Source of the DNA: Candidatus Omnitrophota bacterium
GTDB taxonomy: Bacteria; Ratteibacteria; UBA8468; MWAK01
Direction: 5' to 3'
NCBI GenBank assembly: GCA_043797665.1
Contig: JAZDPL010000074.1
Location: forward strand, 1 to 24,885
Length of the DNA: 24,885 bases
This document shows, piece after piece, positions 8,846-16,836 of this stretch. A program made the translations under genes and the position numbers. How positions within the stretch are numbered: position 1 is the stretch's first letter; each line of letters starts with the position of its first letter. Under the pieces are notes generated by a model. That model made no database searches. It was not told the DNA's origin and worked only from the letters and a program-made list of their open reading frames with translations.

Positions 8846-9859
8846 CTACTCCCATCCTTTTATTTCGCCTATTTCAAAAAAGACCGATTTGGAGTCGGTA
8901 TTGGATACTTTAAAATCTCTTGTTTCCCCTGGAGCCAAATCAGGAATATAATCTACACCGGTGGTTGTCACATGTTCATCGGCATCATAAAACCGAATTG
9001 TAACCGGAACCTTAACATATCTTTTCTTGGAAATATTTTTGATCTTGCCGGCTACATATTGGCCAACAACTTCAAACCGGGATGTGATATCCGGATTAGT
9101 TATAACCTTGTCTCCCGTGGTTATTTCTAAAAAACTAAATTCACCGGTAGAATTCGTGGTGGGGTTACTTTTTTTCGAGGTTCTGGTATGGTATAGATAA
9201 CTACCAACGATGCCAACGATTAAAATCAGAAATAAAGAAACAATTATTGCTCCAAATATTGCATTTTTTCTGCTTTGTGGTTTTTCTTCTTTATCTCCCT
9301 GCCTTTCCCCCTGTTTTTGCAGAAGAGATTCAATAGCTTTATAACAATCCGTACAGATTCCCTGTCTCCGATACTTTCTGTCTAATCTTCTACCGCACTT
9401 CTGGCAGTAATATGTTCCTCCAAATTGCATCCGTAATTTGACTACTAAAGCAGAAAAAGGCCAGGTCTTACGTTGGAACTTATCCGTTCCGAGAAGCATC
9501 CGGATTCCGGACAGGACGGTCTCGAGTTCAAACGGTTTGGTTACGTAGTAATCAGCTCCGAACCCGTAACCTTTCAGCAGATCTTCGTCCTGTGATTTGG
9601 AGGTAAGCATGATTACCGGTAGATTTCGTGTCCGGGGGGTAGCCCTGAGATATTGTAGGACTTGAATACCATCCAGTTTGGGCATCATGATATCCAGAAT
9701 TACCAAGTCCGGTTTTTCGGTATCAATTTTTTTTAAAGCTTCCTGGCCGTCAACCGCCAGAAAAACAGTATGGCCTTCTGCGGTTAATCCTTTTTCCAGT
9801 ATAGTCTGTACTACAAGGTCATCATCAGCTACTACAATTTTAAGGCGTATTTCGGACAT
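8846..9859 (-). CDS. Receiver domain fused to a zinc ribbon, TM helix and FxLYD-like C-terminal domain
   Basis: REC (DD, LDIMMP, TKPF); CQKC...CTDC; hydrophobic AIFGAIIVSLFLILIVGIVG; G.IKN...V.IRFYD...DLAPGET..F. Confidence 0.8.
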   Translation of the reverse strand: MSEIRLKIVVADDDLVVQTILEKGLTAEGHTVFLAVDGQEALKKIDTEKPDLVILDIMMPKLDGIQVLQYLRATPRTRNLPVIMLTSKSQDEDLLKGYGFGADYYVTKPFELETVLSGIRMLLGTDKFQRKTWPFSALVVKLRMQFGGTYYCQKCGRRLDRKYRRQGICTDCYKAIESLLQKQGERQGDKEEKPQSRKNAIFGAIIVSLFLILIVGIVGSYLYHTRTSKKSNPTTNSTGEFSFLEITTGDKVITNPDITSRFEVVGQYVAGKIKNISKKRYVKVPVTIRFYDADEHVTTTGVDYIPDLAPGETRDFKVSNTDSKSVFFEIGEIKGWE

Positions 9860-9862
9860 AAA

Positions 9863-10294
9863 TTAAATTGTATATTTCTCAGGCTGGTTTTTACTCGGGC
9901 CAAAGAGCGTCTGGATTGCAAACAGAACACTGCTTATTTTGAACGGTTTAGTGATGTAATAGTTCGCTCCGAATTCGTAACCGTTTAATAAGTCTTTATC
10001 CTCTGATTTGGAGGTAAGTATGATTACCGGCAGGTTTCTTGTCTGAGGTGTGGCTTTGATGGATTGAAGAACCAGAATGCCGTCTCTTTTGGGCATCATA
10101 ATGTCCAGAATTGCCAAATCCGGTTTTTCATCCGAGATTTTTTTAAACGCCTCTTCTCCGTCACCGGCCAGGAAAACGGTGTGGCCTTCTGCGGTTAACC
10201 CTTTTTCCAGGATGGTCCGTACTACAGGGTCATCATCGGCGACTACGACTTTAAGGCGTATTCCGGATACGGGTTGGTTTTTACGGAACCACAT
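9863..10294 (-). CDS. Single-domain response regulator
   Basis: DDD, LDIMMP, LTSK, ITKPF; close paralog of the adjacent REC. Confidence 0.9.
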   Translation of the reverse strand: MWFRKNQPVSGIRLKVVVADDDPVVRTILEKGLTAEGHTVFLAGDGEEAFKKISDEKPDLAILDIMMPKRDGILVLQSIKATPQTRNLPVIILTSKSEDKDLLNGYEFGANYYITKPFKISSVLFAIQTLFGPSKNQPEKYTI

Positions 10295-10306
10295 TGTTTT
10301 TCCTCC

Positions 10307-11047
10307 TTATTTATTGGTCTTTAAAAAAATCTCCATCTCTTCTTTCAATTGAATGATTTCCCGGTTTAACCTCTGCCAGCTTTTTTCCGGGTCAACCAGA
10401 TTTTTATTGCGGCCCATCGTTTCCAACTCCAGCGCTGCGTCCATAACCTTTTTTGCCCGGAAATTGCCGGCCGAACCTCGAAGACGGTGTGCGGAAAATT
10501 CGAGTTCTTCCGAATTACGATTGTTAATCGCTGCTTCAATGCCGGCAATATATTCCGGGAGTATTTTCAGGAATGACCGAACCAGTTCCGCAGCGAAATC
10601 TGAATCTCCCTGCGCATAATCAGAAAAAACCTTCTTATCGAATGCCGGTTCTTTTTCCGGGGACAAACGTCTGCTGGAAAGTACTCTCTCTATTTTTGAC
10701 TTTAAAGCTTCTATATCGACTGGTTTAACTATGTAACCTTCGGACAAATCAGTTGCCTGCAACATGGATTCATCGGCTTCTTTGGCCGTCAACATAATGA
10801 CCGGGATAGATTTTGTTTGCCGGTTTTCTTTAAGTGTTTTTAATACTTCAGTTCCGTTTAAATCCGGCAGCATTAAATCAAGAAAGATTAAGTCCGGCTG
10901 ATGTCTTTGAGCATCCGCAATTCCCTGTTTACCTTCTGTGGCGGTAATAACTTCGTAATTACCGGATAATTCCAATACTTTTTTTACCAGGCGGCAGAAA
11001 ATCTCTTCATCATCTATCACCAGAATCTTAATTTTTTCTGAAGGCAT
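10307..11047 (-). CDS. REC-Hpt phosphorelay protein
   Basis: Receiver followed by Hpt motif AHRLRGSAGN. Confidence 0.9.
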   Translation of the reverse strand: MPSEKIKILVIDDEEIFCRLVKKVLELSGNYEVITATEGKQGIADAQRHQPDLIFLDLMLPDLNGTEVLKTLKENRQTKSIPVIMLTAKEADESMLQATDLSEGYIVKPVDIEALKSKIERVLSSRRLSPEKEPAFDKKVFSDYAQGDSDFAAELVRSFLKILPEYIAGIEAAINNRNSEELEFSAHRLRGSAGNFRAKKVMDAALELETMGRNKNLVDPEKSWQRLNREIIQLKEEMEIFLKTNK

Positions 11048-11073
11048 CTTAAACTTGATTTATTAAACTCCTA

Positions 11074-11457
11074 CTATGCAGTATTTTTTTCGATACAGGC
11101 GATAAGTTCCTCTATGTTTACCGGTTTGGCTAGAGCCGCGCAGTATGTTTCTCCGACTTTAATTCCGCCCAGCGAATCGGATTCTTCCTTCCTCATAATC
11201 GCGGTTAAGAACACGATTGGAATATGCCTGGTTTGCGCGTCGCTCTTTATCTGAAAAGCCACATCGGAACCTTCCATATCCGGCATCACGATATCAAGCA
11301 GTATCAGGTCGGGTTGGAATACCCGGGCAGCATTAAGACCCTGGGCGCCTTTGTTTTCGGTTTTAACTTCGTATTTGTCGGTCTCCTCAAGATTCAACTT
11401 TACCAGTTGCGTAAAATTTTTTTCATCATCAATAACTAAAATTTTTTTCTTAGCCAT
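11074..11457 (-). CDS. Single-domain response regulator
   Basis: KKILVIDDE, LLDIVMP, FLTA, AKP. Confidence 0.9.
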   Translation of the reverse strand: MAKKKILVIDDEKNFTQLVKLNLEETDKYEVKTENKGAQGLNAARVFQPDLILLDIVMPDMEGSDVAFQIKSDAQTRHIPIVFLTAIMRKEESDSLGGIKVGETYCAALAKPVNIEELIACIEKNTA

Positions 11458-13399
11458 TTTCTTCTCCTTTTATTTCTAAGGTAATAATTACCCGGGTCCC
11501 TTTCCCGGGGTGACTCTTGATATCTATCAGTCCTTTATGGGAATTGATTATATTCTGGGTTACCGATAAACCCAGTCCGGTTCCCCCGGATGTGCTTTTG
11601 GTGGTGAAAAAAGGTTCGAAGATTTTTTTCAGGTGTTCTTCCGGAATTCCAATTCCGGTATCTTCAATTTCCACCGATACCGCCTTTTCTCCGGGTTTAA
11701 AAAAAACTTCGTTGACGCTTTCCTGGGGCTTTTCTATTTGAACATCATTACTGCGGATAATAAGTTTTCCCCCATTAGGCATGGCTTGAATCGCATTTAA
11801 AAATATATTTACAAATACCTGTTCCATTTTATTCCGGTCAATTAAAACCTGCGGCATATCTTTTTTCATTTCCTTGACGATTTCAATATTCGAGAGTTTG
11901 GATTTACTTATTAAACTTAAAGAAACATCCAGGACCTGATTTATATCTTCGGGAAGTAAAGTCAACTTGCTGGCCCTGGAGAAATCAAGAAGCGCGGATA
12001 TGATTTTGTCAGCTCTCTGGACACCGCTTTTAATCATTTCTAAAACTTCCAGGATATTCTTCGGGTCCGAAGAGAGCTTTTTTTCCAGATAATTAACACC
12101 CATAATTATTATTCCCAGGGGATTTCTTACTTCGTGGGCTACACCACTTGCTATATAACCTATGGCGTTTAGCTTGGTACTCTGAATAAGCTGTCCTTGA
12201 GTTTCCTTGAGCTGGGTATAGGCATTTTGGAGTTCTCTTTCGGTTTTTTTCCGGGCAGTGACATTTTTGATTGTGAAACGCATACCGGCAAGGTTTCCTT
12301 GGACATCATATATTGCCAATACGTGATTTTCAATGTTCAATATTTCATTGGTTTTCGTAATTAATTCTCCGTCATCGATGGAAATGGACCCTTCCCGTGG
12401 TAACTGTTCAATCCTTTTTTCAATTTTTTCCCATGTTTCCGGCGGACATATTTTGTGGAAATGTTTCCCGATAAGTTCTTCTTTTTCGTAACCCGAAAGT
12501 TCACCGGCCTGTCTATTTAGAGAAACGATAAAGCCATTTTTATCGAGGGAATAAATCATATCGAAGGCATTTTCAAAAATTTCCCGGTATCTTTGTTCGG
12601 ATTCCTCCAGCTGTCCTTCCAGTCTTTTCTGAGCTTCCAGAAGATGGGTTGTCGTTTCCCAGTTAAAAATTTGCAGCATTCCAACCAGTGCTCCGGTAGA
12701 AATCAGGGTACAAATGGCACGGAATACCTGAACGGGAATTTTTATTATCCACAGGAACGAATCCGCATTGAGCCAGGGAGAAAGAAATATATTGCTTTTG
12801 TTGACAAACAAACCGCCTAAAATGGCATAGATTATAAAAGATAAGCTGGCCGCGACAAAACACTTCTTTACTTTTAATAATCCCGGTTTTTTTTCTTCAG
12901 ATACGTAATATAAATAGAATCCAAGACCGGTTAAAAAACTACCGGGAAAACCTAAAAGGTATCTTGTCCAGATAGTTCCTGTAAGGTGGAAATCAGAAGA
13001 TATAAAACTTAAAATACATACCAGAAGTACCAATGCCGGTGATAACCACCAGCAAAAAAGGTTAATAGGTCTATTCTTTGGTTCCGGAGTTTTTGTTTTG
13101 ATTAAACATAAGATTCGCCGGCCGAATTCCAACAAGAAAAAGTACGAAAGGGTAAGCGTGAACCAGTGGATTTCGTGTGGGAAAAATTCTTCTCCTTTGA
13201 TAAATTCCCACATATCTAAAAATTCGTTTATCCCGTGGATTATGCCAAAAACGGCCAGAAGCCATAAAATATCCGCAAGTTTGAATTGACTTCCTTTTTT
13301 GGGTTGGACAAAAATGGCAATCCCCATTACTATAAATGAAAGGCCGTAAAAGAAGAATACGATATCCAAATGCCCCTGAAACCATTGAACTAAACCCAT
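11450..13399 (-). CDS. Membrane-bound PAS sensor histidine kinase (NtrB-like kinase core)
   Basis: Multi-TM N-terminus, PAS, H-box AHEVRNPL, N-box QVFVNIFLNA, DTGIG, FEPFFTTK, GTGLGL. Confidence 0.93.
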   Translation of the reverse strand: MGLVQWFQGHLDIVFFFYGLSFIVMGIAIFVQPKKGSQFKLADILWLLAVFGIIHGINEFLDMWEFIKGEEFFPHEIHWFTLTLSYFFLLEFGRRILCLIKTKTPEPKNRPINLFCWWLSPALVLLVCILSFISSDFHLTGTIWTRYLLGFPGSFLTGLGFYLYYVSEEKKPGLLKVKKCFVAASLSFIIYAILGGLFVNKSNIFLSPWLNADSFLWIIKIPVQVFRAICTLISTGALVGMLQIFNWETTTHLLEAQKRLEGQLEESEQRYREIFENAFDMIYSLDKNGFIVSLNRQAGELSGYEKEELIGKHFHKICPPETWEKIEKRIEQLPREGSISIDDGELITKTNEILNIENHVLAIYDVQGNLAGMRFTIKNVTARKKTERELQNAYTQLKETQGQLIQSTKLNAIGYIASGVAHEVRNPLGIIIMGVNYLEKKLSSDPKNILEVLEMIKSGVQRADKIISALLDFSRASKLTLLPEDINQVLDVSLSLISKSKLSNIEIVKEMKKDMPQVLIDRNKMEQVFVNIFLNAIQAMPNGGKLIIRSNDVQIEKPQESVNEVFFKPGEKAVSVEIEDTGIGIPEEHLKKIFEPFFTTKSTSGGTGLGLSVTQNIINSHKGLIDIKSHPGKGTRVIITLEIKGEENG

Positions 13400-13472
13400 A
13401 TAGTTTTTATTATGTATTATCGTATCTTAATTGCTTTAAAAAAGTCAAATATTTGCATGGCTTCCTAAAACC

Positions 13473-13500
13473 AAACTAATTGTAACTGGATGGTGGGGTA
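13473..13500 (+). repeat. 28-bp cargo-boundary repeat, copy 1
   Basis: AAACTAATTGTAACTGGATGGTGGGGTA, 26/28 identical to 21498-21525. Confidence 0.8.
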
Positions 13501-13585
13501 GGGGAAGGTAACAAGGGAAGGGGGGGAAGCCTGTTTCCAATTCGAATCTGTCCAACTCTCCCTCCCCGCCAAAAAAAAGAGGGAA

Positions 13586-13765
13586 ACCCAAGTCTATGGC
13601 TCAAGTTCGGGCTATTTAGCCCCTAAAACCCGGTTCGAACCCAACTCTCCTTTTTAACCTGACTGAAAAAACGTGGAAACCTAAGCTGGTAGGCTCAATT
13701 TGGAGATATAAACGTACTTATTTAGTCTCTGGAATCCGGTTCGGATAGCGTCCAATCCTCCCAGC
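13586..13765 (+). repeat. Module-end/att repeat, copy 1 (180 bp)
   Basis: Aligns end to end with 22824-23003 and with 23961-24094; ends GTCCAATCCTCCCAGC. Confidence 0.92.
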
Positions 13766-13965
13766 ATTGATGGAATCAGTGCCTTTTCAGCCAGTATCTG
13801 GAAGGCTGGATGATAGACAGGGCTTAGGTTTTCGTCTTTCAGGTAAAGGTTCGAAAATACTAATACTAATTTGAGTAATTGCCTCTTTTCCTCGCCAGAC
13901 CGGGAAAGGTAAATGTCCTTAGCTTGGATAGTGTACCTCATCATTGGGGAATTATAATTGTCGCA
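13681..13965 (-). pseudogene. C-terminal remnant of a probable large serine recombinase, reading into the repeat
   Basis: AKDIY....EEKRQLLKLV(LV)FSNLYL....L...Y.PAFQIL resembles recombinase-family C-termini; continues in frame as LGGLDAIRT...; 6-bp internal duplication; no catalytic domain. Confidence 0.6.
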
Positions 13966-13967
13966 CA

Positions 13968-14024
13968 TCACCCGTTAATGTCCAGGATGCCAAAAACGCT
14001 GCAGCCGCTGATATCTTTTTCCAT
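13968..14024 (-). pseudogene. 5' stub of a class II glutamine amidotransferase (glutamate synthase domain-1-like)
   Basis: GGGAGA RBS, then MEKDISGCSVFGILDING*, resembling the Ntn SG-C start; ends where the recombinase remnant begins. Confidence 0.55.
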
Positions 14025-14035
14025 GTTCTCCCAAT

Positions 14036-14130
14036 AAAAAAGCCTCCACCGGCAACTCTGCTTCATTGAGTCGGAGCAACTTTGCTTTTGGAGGCTTCTT
14101 CGCCTTCTCTTTATTACTTCCGCTTTGAAA
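14036..14130 (-). promoter_or_regulatory. ANTAR dual-hairpin attenuator
   Basis: P1 TTC-AAAGCG-GAA, 13-nt linker, P2 GGC-GAAGAA-GCC overlapping terminator AAGCCTCCA...TGGAGGCTT-TTTT. Confidence 0.7.
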
Positions 14131-14283
14131 CTACCTACGTCTTTGCCTTATTTTCTTAACTCTTCCCTTCATCTGTTTTGGTCCATAATCAACGAATTCT
14201 TCGCACTGAAAGACGGGAAATATTCTGGGAAAGGTGCATCCTTTATCATGGACGCAAGTAACGCACAATCCTTTTTTCGCCAT
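14131..14283 (-). CDS. Small 4-Cys protein, 50 aa (absent from ORF track)
   Basis: GGGGGTG RBS; MAKKGLCVTCVHDKGCTFPRIFPVFQCEEFVDYGPKQMKGRVKKIRQRRR; starts 13 bp after the upstream stop. Confidence 0.75.
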   Translation of the reverse strand: MAKKGLCVTCVHDKGCTFPRIFPVFQCEEFVDYGPKQMKGRVKKIRQRRR

Positions 14284-14296
14284 AATTGTCACCCCC

Positions 14297-15862
14297 TTAA
14301 CCCAAAATCCGTTCTATTTCCTCCCGGTCGCAATCCATAACGTAGGGAATGCCGGAAACCTCGGCGGCTTCACGGGTCAGAGCAACAATATCCTCTCTGG
14401 AAATATACCTTAAGGCGAATTTCCGTTCACCCGCCATAAGTTGTCTCAAGCCCGTAACCAGCCGGTCGTAGTAGGTGTACATTCCGATGGCACCCACCGG
14501 AATATCTTTGAACTCTTTTCCGTACTTTGCTTTTAGCGTCTCGGCGGAAATGAATATCTGTTCTATCGTATCACCGTATTTCTTATACTCCTCGGGTACC
14601 TTACCCTTTTTTACCAGGTTTCCCACGGTCTTGGCCGCCATCGCCGCCGCAAAAGTGGCTCTGCCCATACAGATAGCTTTAACATAGGGTGCAGCCAGAG
14701 CCAATCCTTTAAAGACCTGGTCTTCCAGAGCAAACCCTCCGGCCATCCCTACCGGCGGTACGTATCCACCCTTTTGCTCAATCTTCTTTAACATCTGGTA
14801 CAGAAAAGACTCCAGTTCCACGGTGGGAATTCCCCACTCGTTCATCATCCTCCAGGGACTCATTCCCGTACCACCGCCGGCTCCATCCACGGTAAGAAGG
14901 TCCATTTTAGATTGAGAAGCACACTTCACCGCTCTGGCCAAATCCGCCGGCCGGTAAGCGCCGGTTTTCAGGGTAACGTACTTAAATCCGAGGTTCCTTA
15001 ACCGTTCCACCTCCTTACAAAACTCTTCCTCCTCAACCATACCCAGCCTTGAGTGGCGTTCAAACTCTTTGATGGCTCCCTCCTGATAAGCCTTCTTCGT
15101 TACCGGGTCCTCCGGGTCAGGATAGACTAAATAACCCCGCTTTTTAAGTTCCCGCGCTCTTTCTAACGTGGGTAACTTCACCTCCCCACCTATATCTTTG
15201 GCACCCTGGCCCCATTTGGGTTCAATCGCTTCCACGCCTAATTCCAGAACGTACTCCGGAACACCTAACCTTCCGTCTTCCACGTTGTACTGGACCACAA
15301 TCGTTCCGTGTCCGCTGTGCCATCTTTTATAACTGGTGACCCGGCGTTCCATTTCCGGAGATTTTATTACCCGTCCATTCTTAATCTCGGCATTGTGGTC
15401 CATACCGCAGACATTCTCACCCACTACCACTATCGTTCCGCAGAGGGATGCGCCGACCGCATTTTCCTCCCAGTTTATTCTTGCCACGTCGGTTGAGCCT
15501 AAAGCGCCGGTAAAGAAGGGGACATCCAATTTGATTTTGTTCTTTCCGCCAATCTCAGTGGAGACATCCACCGCGGGGAAAATTGCGCGGTCAGGGTCTG
15601 CCTCTATTCCTACTGCACCCACGCAGGTACCCTGGATGTTAAAATGAGAAAAGTCTAATGGGTAATCCTTCTCCGCCCCGGCAACAATCCTGCCGAAGGG
15701 TTGCGGGTAAATCAATTCCCTGCCCCGGATACCCGATTTGGCAACTTCACAAAACCCGATACATCCGTCCAAACAAGTAACGCAAAGCCCAGAAACCGGT
15801 GATGGAGTCACCCGGTTTCTGGTATTCGTAGCCGGACTGGCATTTGGCTTACTGTACGACAT
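14297..15862 (-). CDS. Stand-alone FMN-binding glutamate synthase family protein
   Basis: E.KWGQGAK.IGGE, TVDGAGGGTG.SP, AGG, MGRA; N-terminal CxxCxxxCxxxC; GGAGG RBS. Confidence 0.88.
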   Translation of the reverse strand: MSYSKPNASPATNTRNRVTPSPVSGLCVTCLDGCIGFCEVAKSGIRGRELIYPQPFGRIVAGAEKDYPLDFSHFNIQGTCVGAVGIEADPDRAIFPAVDVSTEIGGKNKIKLDVPFFTGALGSTDVARINWEENAVGASLCGTIVVVGENVCGMDHNAEIKNGRVIKSPEMERRVTSYKRWHSGHGTIVVQYNVEDGRLGVPEYVLELGVEAIEPKWGQGAKDIGGEVKLPTLERARELKKRGYLVYPDPEDPVTKKAYQEGAIKEFERHSRLGMVEEEEFCKEVERLRNLGFKYVTLKTGAYRPADLARAVKCASQSKMDLLTVDGAGGGTGMSPWRMMNEWGIPTVELESFLYQMLKKIEQKGGYVPPVGMAGGFALEDQVFKGLALAAPYVKAICMGRATFAAAMAAKTVGNLVKKGKVPEEYKKYGDTIEQIFISAETLKAKYGKEFKDIPVGAIGMYTYYDRLVTGLRQLMAGERKFALRYISREDIVALTREAAEVSGIPYVMDCDREEIERILG

Positions 15863-15877
15863 TTTTCCTCCTTTTCC

Positions 15878-16573
15878 CTACATAATATCCGCTGCCAAAA
15901 TAATGGCTTCCGCTATTTCACGCATAGTTTTGCGTCTATCCATACTGTACTTACGCAGTTGGAGGTATGCCTCTTCTTCTGTCAACCCCTCCTTTCTCAT
16001 CAAAATTCCTTTAGCCCGTTCAATTATTTTCCTTGCCTCTAATTCTTCCTGAATTACCTTACTTTTCACCATCAGTTCCGTGTTTTCAATCGCCACCGCA
16101 GCCTGGTTTGCGATAGCGGTTAAAACATTAATCTCGGTTTCCGTAAAATCATGCGGGTTGGAGGTATAACAATTAATCACCCCGATTACTTTGTTTTTAA
16201 CCGCCAAAGGTACGCAAAGAAGGGAACGTAACCCCTCCCTTTTCGCAATATCCTGGTATTTATACTCTTTTTCTTTGGTTACATCCTTAACCACCATAGG
16301 CTTATTCTCTTTTGCCACTTTCCCGGCAATACCCTCCCCTACTTTTAGAGGCGGTTTCTTGTTATACTCCTCACTTACGCTCTGGGTAGCCCTGATTACC
16401 AGTTCGTTTTTCTTTTCGTCAATGAGCATCAGGGAACAGATGTTTGACTCCATCAATTCCGCGATTACCACCACAACCAGACGCAGGATGTCTTCCAGAT
16501 ACAGGTCTGAGGCTATGGCTTTACTTATCTTTGACAGAGCCTTAATTCGTTCTTCATAAGGCGTCTCTTCCAC
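15878..16573 (-). CDS. GAF-ANTAR RNA-binding antiterminator
   Basis: GAF domain (GEGIAG.VA, SLLCVPL, IANQAAVAIEN) then ANTAR (RKIIERAKGILM......EEEAY..LR..SM); GTG start at 16573 after GAGGTG. Confidence 0.93.
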   Translation of the reverse strand: MEETPYEERIKALSKISKAIASDLYLEDILRLVVVVIAELMESNICSLMLIDEKKNELVIRATQSVSEEYNKKPPLKVGEGIAGKVAKENKPMVVKDVTKEKEYKYQDIAKREGLRSLLCVPLAVKNKVIGVINCYTSNPHDFTETEINVLTAIANQAAVAIENTELMVKSKVIQEELEARKIIERAKGILMRKEGLTEEEAYLQLRKYSMDRRKTMREIAEAIILAADIM

Positions 16574-16611
16574 ATTCACCTCACTAAGGGGTTGTCGCAG
16601 ACAACCCCAAC

Positions 16612-16775
16612 AAAAAAAGGGCGTTATACCCCGACAATGGGAAAGAACGCCCTTGTTCCGGAATAAAAAAGTCCTCTCCGGCATTCTTTGCCGAAAAGGA
16701 CGTCGTTATCCGAGTTTCTGACGTTGAAAAGGAGAATCCTGAGTTAAAGATTCTCCGTCCGCACTAACCTTGTGC
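16612..16775 (-). promoter_or_regulatory. Leader with tandem ANTAR hairpins and terminators
   Basis: GCAC-AAGGTTA-GTGC; TTTC-AACGTCA-GAAA; GGAT-AACGAC-GTCC overlapping terminator 16665-16701; GAAC-AAGGGC-GTTC overlapping terminator 16612-16654. Confidence 0.78.
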
Positions 16776-16798
16776 GCTATGTTTTATTTTACGTTATA

Positions 16799-16828
16799 AT
16801 TATACCTTAAGAATTTGTGTTTTGTCAA
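16799..16828 (-). promoter_or_regulatory. sigma70 promoter of the ANTAR / glutamate synthase operon
   Basis: TTGACA-N18-TATAAT on the minus strand. Confidence 0.8.
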
Positions 16829-16836
16829 ATTTCGTG

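Noticed and set aside
7594..13559. 11-bp inverted repeat AGAGTTGGACA (7594) / TGTCCAACTCT (13549) bracketing the signalling module
   Set aside because: The position is suggestive, but 11-bp matches are expected by chance in 25 kb.
16574..16684. N-terminal extension of the GAF-ANTAR ORF
   Set aside because: It runs through terminator hairpins; the RBS supports GTG 16573.
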